Below, piece by piece: positions 42,187 to 51,277 of a stretch of 64,000 nucleotides of DNA (positions are counted from its first letter, which is position 1; every line of letters starts with the position of its first letter). The DNA comes from Candidatus Levyibacteriota bacterium. GTDB taxonomy: Bacteria > Patescibacteriota > Microgenomatia > Levybacterales > UBA12049. A program made the position numbers and the translations under genes. Location of the stretch: assembly GCA_963790825.1 (NCBI GenBank), contig CAWBPM010000002.1:487159-551158 (forward strand), in the 5' to 3' direction. Below the pieces are notes generated by a model. The model saw nothing but the letters and a program-made list of their open reading frames with translations. It was not told the origin of the DNA and made no database searches.

Positions 42187-42657
42187 ATGTCTGATAAACA
42201 TGAATCCAATTCTGGTTCTGTCTCGTGGCGTACGCCTCAAAGAGACGAGGCTGGAAATTACATATTCAGCGAACCAGACGACCCCACTACCGCTGAACGT
42301 CCTCATCGCAAAGAAAGTCCTTATACTCAATCTTTTTACGATCAGGCTAAATATGACGGTAACCAGTTTGTAGAAAGGTTATTAGATACCAGAAATGGCA
42401 CTGGATTAACATCAACTCAAGTAAATGGAGTTTTGCAACAAATTGATTTATATTTCGGTGGTTATCGGGGTTTTTCCCCAGATGAACCAGGTGTAAAGAC
42501 TTATCGAGAAAATTTTCAAGCAATGGAAGCAGCTCGGGATTGGATCTACGAGGTGATAGCAGGAGCAGGCGATGCCTTAGTACAAAAAACCGGAAAAGTT
42601 ACTCTTCTTCGTAAGGCTACTACACCACGATATAAATATAATCCGCCAAAAAAGTAA
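42187..42657 (+). CDS. Hypothetical protein
   Basis: 156-aa ORF with own TTGACA(42149)-N16-TATAAT promoter. Confidence 0.7.
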   Translation: MSDKHESNSGSVSWRTPQRDEAGNYIFSEPDDPTTAERPHRKESPYTQSFYDQAKYDGNQFVERLLDTRNGTGLTSTQVNGVLQQIDLYFGGYRGFSPDEPGVKTYRENFQAMEAARDWIYEVIAGAGDALVQKTGKVTLLRKATTPRYKYNPPKK

Positions 42658-42732
42658 GCTACCTGCAATTTTTGAAGAAAATAATAGTTACTCTTGCCTA
42701 TATTTCCTATTTAAGCTATAATAAACATACTT

Positions 42733-43032
42733 ATGAAAGCAAATATTCACCCAAAATATTATGAAGATGCGCAGGTAATTTGTGTTTGCGGCAACCGGTT
42801 TACAACTGGTTCTACAAAGGACATTATTCATATTGAGCTTTGTAATAAATGTCATCCGTTTTATACCGGACAGAATAAGTTCGTCGATACTGCTTCTCTG
42901 ATCCAGAAATTCCAAGATAAACAAAAAGTGGCAGCGACTCACATGGCAACTGCAAAGAAAAAGAAAGATGAAAAGAAAAAAGCCCAAGAAGGCCCCAAAA
43001 CACTTCGTGAGATGCTCATGGGAGCTGAGTAG
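42733..43032 (+). CDS. rpmE: 50S ribosomal protein L31 (Zn-ribbon type) with basic C-terminal extension
   Basis: [24 protein letters not shown]. Confidence 0.96.
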   Translation: MKANIHPKYYEDAQVICVCGNRFTTGSTKDIIHIELCNKCHPFYTGQNKFVDTASLIQKFQDKQKVAATHMATAKKKKDEKKKAQEGPKTLREMLMGAE

Positions 43033-43039
43033 CTACTTC

Positions 43040-43130
43040 CAAATTGATCTAATTTCTAATTAACCTAGTTACTAAAATACCCAGTGAGTAATTTTAGAGC
43101 AATTAGTATAATTAGAGCAATTAGAAATTT
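43040..43130. repeat. CTAAT/ATTAG low-complexity palindromic element
   Basis: AATTGATCTAATTTCTAATTAACC ... CAATTAGTATAATTAGAGCAATTAGAAATTT directly before the prfA ATG. Confidence 0.75.
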
Positions 43131-44006
43131 ATGACAGATTATCGTCTTACGCAAATTCAGGAGTTGGAGAAAAAAATTGAAGAGACCCGGTCTCTTCTTT
43201 CCGATCCTGCTATGGCTGAAATGGCACAAATAGAAATCCAAAATCTTGAGGCGCAGAAGAAAGAATTGGAAGAGAGTATGCTGCCCCAAGAGAGCACAGA
43301 AGAAGATACTCTCGATAGCCGGAATGTTATTCTGGAAGTAAAAGGAGCAGCCGGCGGTGATGAAGCAAAACTGTGGGCAGACGAGCTACTTAGGATGTAT
43401 ACACGCTTTGCAGAGCTCAAGGGGTTTAAGGTTGAAAGTTTGGATGAAACAATTATTAAGATAACGGGTAGAAATTGTTTCGCTGTTTTTAAATATGAGG
43501 CAGGGGTTCACCGGGTACAACGTATTCCGAAAACCGAAAAAAAAGGACGCATTCATACCTCTACTGCTACTGTATCCATCCTGCCGGAACTTGAAGATAT
43601 TGATTTGCATATTAATCCTGAAGATATTACGTTTGAAGCGTTCCGCTCAGGCGGACATGGCGGTCAAAATGTGAATAAGGTTTCAACAGCGGTCCGCATC
43701 GTCCATAACCCATCAGGTATTGTCGTTACGTCACAGTCCGAACGCTCACAGTCGCAAAACCGCGAAATCGCGATGAAACTTCTCAGGTCTCGGCTATGGG
43801 AAAGGGAAATTGAAAAACAAAACGCGGAGGTAGCATCTCTCAGGTCTACCCAGGTAGGACGCGGCATGCGGGCTGAAAAAATTAAAACATATAATTTCCC
43901 TCAGGATAGGTTAACCGATCACCGTCTCGGTAAATCGTGGGGTAACCTGGCTTCGATTATGGACGGAAACATGCCGGAGAGCAGCGAATCTATTGAAAAA
44001 TCCTGA
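43131..44006 (+). CDS. prfA: Peptide chain release factor 1 (short form)
   Basis: GGDEA, EAGVHRVQRIPKTE (PxT motif), GGQ, TYNFPQDRLTDHR. Confidence 0.9.
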   Translation: MTDYRLTQIQELEKKIEETRSLLSDPAMAEMAQIEIQNLEAQKKELEESMLPQESTEEDTLDSRNVILEVKGAAGGDEAKLWADELLRMYTRFAELKGFKVESLDETIIKITGRNCFAVFKYEAGVHRVQRIPKTEKKGRIHTSTATVSILPELEDIDLHINPEDITFEAFRSGGHGGQNVNKVSTAVRIVHNPSGIVVTSQSERSQSQNREIAMKLLRSRLWEREIEKQNAEVASLRSTQVGRGMRAEKIKTYNFPQDRLTDHRLGKSWGNLASIMDGNMPESSESIEKS

Positions 44007-44138
44007 ATACTAAACGCTAAGTTCTAGGCAATATTAAAATACAAATGATCAAATTTCAAAACTGTTTTGAATTTATAATTTTGTAATTGTAATTTATTTA
44101 ATCCGTCAGCTGGAGGATTAGATATTAGGAATCAGGAT
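44000..44138. repeat. AT-rich inverted low-complexity element with nested mini-palindrome
   Basis: ATCCTGA/TCAGGAT ends; internal TAATCC-GTCAGCTGGA-GGATTA hairpin (44099-44120). Confidence 0.55.
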
Positions 44139-44188
44139 CTTACCTGTTTGCAAACAGTCTCGTATTCTGCTACTATTTTTTCTACTTT

Positions 44189-45661
44189 ATGCTGCCTAAA
44201 AAACTAGCTTTCGTCGACATAGAAACTACCGGCATGCGATCTAGTTTTGACCGGATTATAGAAATCGGAATTCTACGGGTAGAAGACAATCAAATTATAC
44301 AAACCTACCATTCTCTTCTCAATCCCGAGGATCATCTTCCGCCGGAAATTGAAAGACTGACCGGTATCACATCAATCGAGCTTGAACACGCACCGACATT
44401 TCGCAATGTTTTGATGGATGTTGAGGAAATTTTAAAAGACTGCTTATTTGTCGCACATAATGTCCGCTTCGATTACGGATTTTTAAAAAGCGAATTTAGG
44501 CGGGAAAATATTAATTTTTCCTCTAAACATTTTTGTACGGTAAAATTATCGCAACTCCTTTTTCCTCATTTTCGTCATCATAATTTAGATGCAATTATCG
44601 AGCGGTTCCATATCACTTGCGGGACGCGGCATCGGGCATTAGAGGATGCTACGGTGTTATTCGAATTCTATAAACTTCTCAGGGAGCAATTTAGTGAAGA
44701 TGTGTTAGTGAAAGCGCTTGCTACTATTCAGAAACAACCTTCGCTACCGATTAAATTAAAGAGAGAGGACCTGGATAATCTTCCCGAGTCACCGGGCGTA
44801 TACATTTTCTATGCCTCCGAATCTCAGGAAAACGCAGTAGCAGATAAAAGTAATGATAAAAAACAAAGCAAAGGAAAACAGAAACCCTTGATTCCTCTCT
44901 ATGTCGGAAAGAGTAAAAATATTAGAGAACGTGTGCTTTCGCATTTTTCCTCTGATATTCGTTCGGGAATTGAGATGAAAATCTCTCAACAAATCGAAAG
45001 TATTGAAACTATTACGACCGCAGGCGAACTCGGAGCACTGTTTATGGAATCACGGTTGGTAAAAGAATTGCTTCCTCTTTATAACCGGAAGCTTCGATTA
45101 AAAAGAGAGCTGATTGCACTGCGAAGAAAAATAAATTTGAACGGATATGAAACCGTTTCTTTAGAACAAGTAAGCAAGATTAACTCTGAGGATTTAGCCA
45201 ATTTTGTTGGTTTTTTCCGATCAAAAAAACAAGCCAAAGAGTTTCTCTCTGGAGTTGCAAAAGAATATATGCTTTGCGAGAAATTATTGGGACTTGATAA
45301 GACAAAAAATGAATGCTTTCTAAGCCGGCTGAATATTTGTAAAGGCGCTTGCACCGGACAGGAAGAAGCGTATAAATACAACGTTCGTTTTGTTAGCGCA
45401 TTTGCAAACACAAAGATAAAGCCGTGGCCTTTTAAAGGCCCTATTATTATTGAAGAAAAAAATTCTTTCACCGGAGAGACTGAGTATTTTCTTATTGATA
45501 ACTGGTGCTACCTGGGAAGTTTGCGCCGAAAAAATAACGACAGCAATCAAAATCTTTCGTTGAAAGACTTGAAGTTTGACTTAGACATTTACAAAATCAT
45601 TCTTCAATACCTGAGAAAAACAAGCAATTATAAATTCATACAAGAAATCAAGCGTGAATAA
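44189..45661 (+). CDS. DnaQ-like 3'-5' exonuclease fused to a UvrC/Cho-like GIY-YIG nuclease
   Basis: DIETTG, AHNVRFD, HRALEDA; LPESPGVYIF...LYVGKSKNIRERVLSHF, PLYNRKLR, C-x5-C-x3-C. Confidence 0.9.
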   Translation: MLPKKLAFVDIETTGMRSSFDRIIEIGILRVEDNQIIQTYHSLLNPEDHLPPEIERLTGITSIELEHAPTFRNVLMDVEEILKDCLFVAHNVRFDYGFLKSEFRRENINFSSKHFCTVKLSQLLFPHFRHHNLDAIIERFHITCGTRHRALEDATVLFEFYKLLREQFSEDVLVKALATIQKQPSLPIKLKREDLDNLPESPGVYIFYASESQENAVADKSNDKKQSKGKQKPLIPLYVGKSKNIRERVLSHFSSDIRSGIEMKISQQIESIETITTAGELGALFMESRLVKELLPLYNRKLRLKRELIALRRKINLNGYETVSLEQVSKINSEDLANFVGFFRSKKQAKEFLSGVAKEYMLCEKLLGLDKTKNECFLSRLNICKGACTGQEEAYKYNVRFVSAFANTKIKPWPFKGPIIIEEKNSFTGETEYFLIDNWCYLGSLRRKNNDSNQNLSLKDLKFDLDIYKIILQYLRKTSNYKFIQEIKRE

Positions 45662-45694
45662 TTACCATCTCTTATGAATACGTACAGCTAACTT

Positions 45695-45844
45695 TTATTG
45701 CAGCATATAACTCACCACAATAATGATGATAACTGCGCTGAGAACGATAAGTAATGTATGATCATTATCAAAAAAAGAATAGTGTTTAGGTGCTCTTGCT
45801 GCCTTTCTCCGTGTTACGAGTTTTTTTGTGGTTTTTTTCGGCAT
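45695..45844 (-). CDS. Small basic single-TM protein (49 aa), absent from the ORF track
   Basis: MPKKTTKKLVTRRKAARAPKHYSFFDNDHTLLIVLSAVIIIIVVSYMLQ*; SD GAGGTG upstream. Confidence 0.65.
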   Translation of the reverse strand: MPKKTTKKLVTRRKAARAPKHYSFFDNDHTLLIVLSAVIIIIVVSYMLQ

Positions 45845-45944
45845 AAATATAATTCACCTCTCTTTCTCAAGTAATTTCTTACTACACTTCCATCATACAA
45901 GAAATACATTGGGGTTTGTCAAGAAGGTAAATAATAAGGAGAGA

Positions 45945-46640
45945 TCAATAGCTTACGTAGTAATTAATTTTCGCATTTTTCTGCAAATCCGCAATCCAAC
46001 TTTGAACTTTTGGAGTAAGTTTTTGTTGGTAGAGCTGTTGCTCTACATTTGCTTTGGTCATTCCCGGCATTCCTTTATTTTTATTCATATAATCTGTTAC
46101 TTCTTTAGCGGATACCGTAATATTCTTGCCCACCATTTTCTCAACCAGTTTTTGCAGACGTACCTGATCCTCAAGCGTTTGTCTGGTCATCCCCTGAGAC
46201 TTTAAAACATCATCTAATTTTTGGCCTTGACCCGTAACATTACTTTCAATTGTTTTCATTTCGCTGTCAATCTCGGCTTGACTCACCGTCACGTGCTCTT
46301 TTTGGGCTTCCTGCTCAATTAACGTCTTGGTAACTAATGTATTTAAGGCCTGCTTACCACCCTGCTGCTCAAGAGAATTGATAACTGTTAAACGACTGAT
46401 CGGCTCCCCATTTACTGTCGCGGCGATGAACAAACCCCGAAAAACATACAGCAAGATAGCCAAAACGATAATGATAACACCTAGAATAATATATGATTTT
46501 TTTAATTTAAGAGTAGGGCTCATTTTTTGATAGGCTGCATTAGATGTTACTTTCTTTTCGGGGATAGCTGAAACTTCGGATTTTGCAATTATTTTCGGCT
46601 GTGATGTGGTTTTGCTTGTCTTTGTTATCTTTCTCGCCAT
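45945..46640 (-). CDS. SurA-N/PrsA-like membrane-anchored chaperone
   Basis: TM then AATVNGEPI..L....G.Q.L..L....LI.QEA....V.VS..EI; W...L...AKI; ATG 46640 follows TGTTATAAT. Confidence 0.85.
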   Translation of the reverse strand: MARKITKTSKTTSQPKIIAKSEVSAIPEKKVTSNAAYQKMSPTLKLKKSYIILGVIIIVLAILLYVFRGLFIAATVNGEPISRLTVINSLEQQGGKQALNTLVTKTLIEQEAQKEHVTVSQAEIDSEMKTIESNVTGQGQKLDDVLKSQGMTRQTLEDQVRLQKLVEKMVGKNITVSAKEVTDYMNKNKGMPGMTKANVEQQLYQQKLTPKVQSWIADLQKNAKINYYVSY

Positions 46641-46694
46641 AACAGTATTATAACATAAATTATTAAATTGCAATATAGTATTTTAATGACTGTA

Positions 46695-47870
46695 CTATTG
46701 TGCCGGTGCAGCCTCAAGAGTAATTATTACGTTCTGTGTTTTTCCGTCCCGCCAATAATTAACTTTTACACTGTCCCCTACTTTTTTCTTCGAGATAATA
46801 GTTGAAAGCTGTCCCTGATTATTTCCCGATAATCGCTGCCCGTCAATTTTCAGAATAATATCTCCGCTTTGCAGTCCTGCTTTATCCGCGGGCGAGGAGG
46901 AGATAACATCTGAAATATATGCTCCCTCTGGAACATCATTCAAGATTGCCAGGTCCTGGCTTATTACTTTATAGGCAATTCCTAAGTATGGCCGGTTAAA
47001 TTGACCTGTTTGATTGAAATTACTTAGCGAATCTTTAATGACACTGATCGGAAGGGCAAAACCGATATTCTGTCCGCTTTGAGAAACTGCAGTATTAACA
47101 CCAACTACCTGCCCTGAAGAATTTAAGAGGGGACCACCGGAATTTCCCGGATTAATTGCCGCGTCTGTCTGGATAACGTTATTAAGTTGTTCGACAAATC
47201 CTTCAAAGTCCGACCCTGCCGTTATTCCCCGTCCTAACCCTGAAATAACACCAGTTGTGACAGTGTTGCGAAATTCTCCCAGTGCAGTACCGATTGCCAC
47301 GACAAACTGACCCACTTGCAGATGCGATGAATCTCCGAGCACAACCGGCTTTAGTGTTTCTTCATTATTTTGTGTTGGATCAATTTTAATCAGTGCTACG
47401 TCATTAAGAGGGTCCCGATAAATTTTTTGCACGTCGTATTTTTTATCGTCACTGGTTATCACCTGATATTTTCCGCTCGTATCGGAAACTACATGTTTAT
47501 TGGTCACGATCATCCCGTCAGTTGAGAGAATAAAACCGGAGCCGATACTTTGCGGTTCGGATGGTTGATTTGGTTGATTATTATCTCCTCCCGAAGGAAA
47601 ATCAAAAAATGAAAACGGTCCTTGGTCCTGGAAAGAAGAGGAATCTGTCGGTGTTTGTTCAGTGATCGTTACAACCGAAGGTCCGACTTTCTTTACAATA
47701 TCAATAGTTACCGATTCCTCAGTCACTATCTTCACCGGTTGTTGCTGCTGGAAATTCAGGGATTTCTGGGAACTTAGATAGTTTTGCAACTGCGGAGAAT
47801 ATTTCTCAGCAAAACTTACTAAACCTAATACAATAATTAAAGCTAAAACTAGAAGAATAAGTTTTCGCAT
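46695..47870 (-). CDS. HtrA/DegP serine protease with PDZ domain
   Basis: GSGF, TNKHVV, QTDAAINPGNSGGPL, SPADKAGL. Confidence 0.95.
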   Translation of the reverse strand: MRKLILLVLALIIVLGLVSFAEKYSPQLQNYLSSQKSLNFQQQQPVKIVTEESVTIDIVKKVGPSVVTITEQTPTDSSSFQDQGPFSFFDFPSGGDNNQPNQPSEPQSIGSGFILSTDGMIVTNKHVVSDTSGKYQVITSDDKKYDVQKIYRDPLNDVALIKIDPTQNNEETLKPVVLGDSSHLQVGQFVVAIGTALGEFRNTVTTGVISGLGRGITAGSDFEGFVEQLNNVIQTDAAINPGNSGGPLLNSSGQVVGVNTAVSQSGQNIGFALPISVIKDSLSNFNQTGQFNRPYLGIAYKVISQDLAILNDVPEGAYISDVISSSPADKAGLQSGDIILKIDGQRLSGNNQGQLSTIISKKKVGDSVKVNYWRDGKTQNVIITLEAAPAQ

Positions 47871-47910
47871 AAAAAATATTCTAGCAACATTGTCAAAAGA
47901 TTTCAATATT

Positions 47911-49185
47911 TTACTCTACGATAGCTTGCACTGCTTTCTCAAGTTGCGTATCATGGCTTGGATCTTTTGGATCTAACGGAACTGAGATATCGGGAGTAAG
48001 TCCCACTCCGTCTTTACCGTTTCCGACCCAGCTGCCTTTTGGCGTTAACCATTTCGCGGTGGTTACATGAAGTCCGGCACCGCCTCCCATGTCTTCCGCT
48101 TGTTGGACTATTCCTTTCCCAAATGAGTTCTCACCTACAAGCTTCGCTCTGCCATGATCCCGAAGCGCACCGGAAACGATCTCGGATGCCGAGGCTGATC
48201 CTTTGTTAATCAGGACTACCAGTCGCACATTTGTCAGGAGTCCTTTCCTGGATACTGAAAGATCGGTTTGGTCTCCCCTTCCATCTTGCTGAATAACGAT
48301 AGTACCGCTGGGAATAAATTCCGATGCGATAAATGCAGCATCATTTAAGTATCCTCCCGGATTATTTCTAAGATCAAGAATGACTCCTTTAATACTGCTA
48401 TCTTTTTGCATGCTCAAAGCGATTTTATTCGCGGCATCCAGCCATTCCTGATTTGTGTTATCTCCAAATTGAGATAGTCTTACATATGCAACTTTCGCAT
48501 TGGCAAAACCTTTCAATTTATTCGTATCTATTCCGTCAATGTCTTTTACATTTTTAATCCACATCGCTACACTTTTCACATTGATAGTATCCCGAGTAAT
48601 CGTAATATCGGTCGGCTGCGTTTCTGATTTATGCATGACTGTCAAGGTTACCTTCGTCCCTTTTGGTCCGCGGATTTTGTTCACCGCATCGTTTAGACTA
48701 AGACCCGAATCTGTCTGACCATCTATCTTAAGGAGTATATCACCAGCTTTTAGGCCTGCTTTTTCGGCCGGACTTCCATCAAGCGGTGCGACAACCACAA
48801 TGTCCTTACCCTTCATCCCAAGCTCCGCGCCAATCCCTTCGAATTGACCCGCCAATTGCTGTTTAAAACTGGCGTTATTTTGCGGAGGAAGGTACAAAGT
48901 ATACGGATCGTTAAGCGTACTGACCATACCTTCGATCGCACCATTTACCATTTCCTGAGGGTTAATTTTTGACCGGTCATAGTAAAGCGAATTGATTTTA
49001 TCGAGGACGCTCCAAAACTGTGTCATGTCAACATTTGTTACGGAAGGAGGCGGTTCTTTACTGATAACATTCACTTGCGGATAGTAAACTTGCCAATCCC
49101 AGCTGATTTTCATCACGCCGATATAGTAACCGACGAGTCCGGCGATTATAACAAAGAGGAAAAATCGTAATGTTCGAGCTTTCAT
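47911..49185 (-). CDS. S41 C-terminal processing protease (CtpA-like)
   Basis: DPYT, FEGIGA, PDZ, DLRNNPGG, SASASEI, FGKG.VQ. Confidence 0.95.
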   Translation of the reverse strand: MKARTLRFFLFVIIAGLVGYYIGVMKISWDWQVYYPQVNVISKEPPPSVTNVDMTQFWSVLDKINSLYYDRSKINPQEMVNGAIEGMVSTLNDPYTLYLPPQNNASFKQQLAGQFEGIGAELGMKGKDIVVVAPLDGSPAEKAGLKAGDILLKIDGQTDSGLSLNDAVNKIRGPKGTKVTLTVMHKSETQPTDITITRDTINVKSVAMWIKNVKDIDGIDTNKLKGFANAKVAYVRLSQFGDNTNQEWLDAANKIALSMQKDSSIKGVILDLRNNPGGYLNDAAFIASEFIPSGTIVIQQDGRGDQTDLSVSRKGLLTNVRLVVLINKGSASASEIVSGALRDHGRAKLVGENSFGKGIVQQAEDMGGGAGLHVTTAKWLTPKGSWVGNGKDGVGLTPDISVPLDPKDPSHDTQLEKAVQAIVE

Positions 49186-49985
49186 GCGTGTAATAAAATA
49201 ATGGATTTACTTGATCCTTCTAAAAATACTTTCTTCTGTGCCCAATTTTCAAGTCGTTTAATATCTTCACTAGTTACCTTGATAACAGGTATAGTTAGTT
49301 TCTTCTCAATTAAATAGGAAAAGTAATCTTCAGTGATGTTGCTGCTTACTATGCCTATTACCCCCATGCCGATACTTTTCATAAGCGCTTCTTTCGTCAT
49401 ATGGGGACTCATTACTACTTTTCCAATCACCTTTGCGTCCAGCGCGAAAAGTAACAGATCATCTTTTTTCGTCTCATCGGGAGTTGAAATAAATATCGCT
49501 TCGCCTTGATTACTCCCTCCTACACCATTCGTTCCGCTAATAACGTCTTTGTCCGTTTCGATGACAATTTGTCCATTATTACATAATATTACTTTGCCAT
49601 CAATAGGAGAAATTATGTCCGTCTGCATCTCATCATCATCACTACCTTCCGTACTGCTCCCATTCGTAAGCCGTATTACCAGATTTCCTAATCCACGGTC
49701 AAATTTCAAAATAATTCCTTCTACTTTACTCTCGAGCCGGTCTTCACTCATTCCGAATAGTCCCCGTTTTATAGCCACTATATCTCCGGGTTTCAGTGAG
49801 TCGCCGGGATTTTTCCGAAGTGTTCTTCCTGCTTTTTTAATGGGAATATGAAATGCTTGAGTAAGGCTGATGACCGCATCTTCCTTACTGTTTTTTTTCG
49901 CGAGTATGTCACCTATCTTGACCGAATCATCTACTTTAACAATGGGAGAATAACCTTCAGGAAAAGTAATCGGCAGTGATGTCAT
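49182..49985 (-). CDS. Hypothetical protein with barrel-sandwich-hybrid-like repeats
   Basis: VK.GD.(L/V)A and SP.DG/SKVEG motifs; ATGA-coupled to the S41 gene. Confidence 0.65.
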   Translation of the reverse strand: MTSLPITFPEGYSPIVKVDDSVKIGDILAKKNSKEDAVISLTQAFHIPIKKAGRTLRKNPGDSLKPGDIVAIKRGLFGMSEDRLESKVEGIILKFDRGLGNLVIRLTNGSSTEGSDDDEMQTDIISPIDGKVILCNNGQIVIETDKDVISGTNGVGGSNQGEAIFISTPDETKKDDLLLFALDAKVIGKVVMSPHMTKEALMKSIGMGVIGIVSSNITEDYFSYLIEKKLTIPVIKVTSEDIKRLENWAQKKVFLEGSSKSIILLHA

Positions 49986-50048
49986 AGATTAATTATACAA
50001 TGAGCTGCGGTATATTTGGCAAGGTGATATTTTATATTAAGTCGAGAT

Positions 50049-50294
50049 TTACTCTTGAGTAACAAAGGGTAAAAGTGCCAGATGTCTGGCATATTTTATT
50101 GCGCTGGTTAGATGGCGCTGATGCTGTGCACAAAGTCCTGATCTGACTCTTCCGATAATTTTCCCCCGCTCTGTCGTAAACCTTAGGAGTACTGCAGTAT
50201 CCGTATATACAGGCGTTTTTTGTTCGCTACAAAAATAGCACTTTTTCGGCGCCAGTATTTTTCTTTTCATTATTCTTTTACTTCGTTTTTTCAT
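50049..50294 (-). CDS. rpsR: 30S ribosomal protein S18
   Basis: CYFC, TERGKI, CAQHQR, AIKYARHLALLPF. Confidence 0.95.
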   Translation of the reverse strand: MKKRSKRIMKRKILAPKKCYFCSEQKTPVYTDTAVLLRFTTERGKIIGRVRSGLCAQHQRHLTSAIKYARHLALLPFVTQE

Positions 50295-50311
50295 ACGTTT
50301 TTAGATGGATA

Positions 50312-50803
50312 TTAAAATGGTATGTCGTCCGGAGCCACATCTTCTTCCTGAGTTTCGGCAGCATTTTCAGGTTCTACTTCAGCTTTTTTTGCGCTTTTCT
50401 TTTTTACTGCCGGCTCCTCTTTTTTCTCGTCCGGAGCTTCCTCAGTTACCGGATGTGTTTGCCCGGAACCTTTACTATCCAAAAGAATCATGTCGCTAAT
50501 GACGATCTCAGTCGTCGAGCGCTGCTGACCATCCTGGGTAGTCCATTTTCTGGTCTGAAGACGCCCTTCGACATACACTTTTCTCCCTTTTACCATAAAC
50601 TGACTGCATAGCTCTGCCAATTTATTCCAGGAAACAATATTATGAAACTCCGTTTCTTCGTGTTTCTCGCCGGTATCGGTTGTCCAGGAACGATTTGTCG
50701 CGATACCAAATGAGCAGACCGCTGTGCCACTCGGGGTATAGCGGAGTTCCGGATCGCGGGTTAAATTACCGATTAATTCTACTCTATTTAAACTTCGTGC
50801 CAT
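50312..50803 (-). CDS. ssb: Single-stranded DNA-binding protein
   Basis: LNRVELIGNLTRDPELRYT, VYVEGRL, C-terminal DDIPF. Confidence 0.98.
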   Translation of the reverse strand: MARSLNRVELIGNLTRDPELRYTPSGTAVCSFGIATNRSWTTDTGEKHEETEFHNIVSWNKLAELCSQFMVKGRKVYVEGRLQTRKWTTQDGQQRSTTEIVISDMILLDSKGSGQTHPVTEEAPDEKKEEPAVKKKSAKKAEVEPENAAETQEEDVAPDDIPF

Positions 50804-50905
50804 ATTATTAAAATTGCTAATTTCCTAATTGTCTAATTGCTAATTATACTAATTGTTCAGCTACATTTCATTATTCTAAATCAACTTAAATTAATTAGGT
50901 TAATT
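50804..50905. repeat. CTAAT/ATTAG low-complexity element
   Basis: Minus strand reads CAATTAGTATAATTAGCAATTAGACAATTAGGAAATTAG directly before the ssb ATG; nearly the same core as 43100-43123. Confidence 0.75.
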
Positions 50906-51184
50906 TTATTTCTTCCTCAGCAATAAATGCCTCAGAACGTTTTCGCTAGCTAAGATTTGTTTCTCAAAATCCGCAGGAATTGCCTTTTCTCCTTCAAACT
51001 GGAACAGGTAATAGTGTCCTGCCGCTTCCCGTTTTATTTCGTATGCTAAGGGTTTTTGTCCCCACTCTTCCTCTTTCGTGACTTTTAAATCTTTCACCCA
51101 GCTTTTAATAGAAGTAAGTAATTTTTTTCGCTCGGCTTCCGACAATGATGTACGCAGAACCAGAACTAACTCGTACAATTTCAT
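50906..51184 (-). CDS. rpsF: 30S ribosomal protein S6
   Basis: YELVLVL, WGQKPLAYEIK, GHY, VLRHLL; rpsF-ssb-rpsR order. Confidence 0.95.
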   Translation of the reverse strand: MKLYELVLVLRTSLSEAERKKLLTSIKSWVKDLKVTKEEEWGQKPLAYEIKREAAGHYYLFQFEGEKAIPADFEKQILASENVLRHLLLRKK

Positions 51185-51277
51185 AAATACCACCCTATTT
51201 TACAAAACTTAGCATCTCTTCGCAAGTAGGAAAAGGTGAATTTGTCCTATAACAAAATTTGTGTTACTATCACGCTG

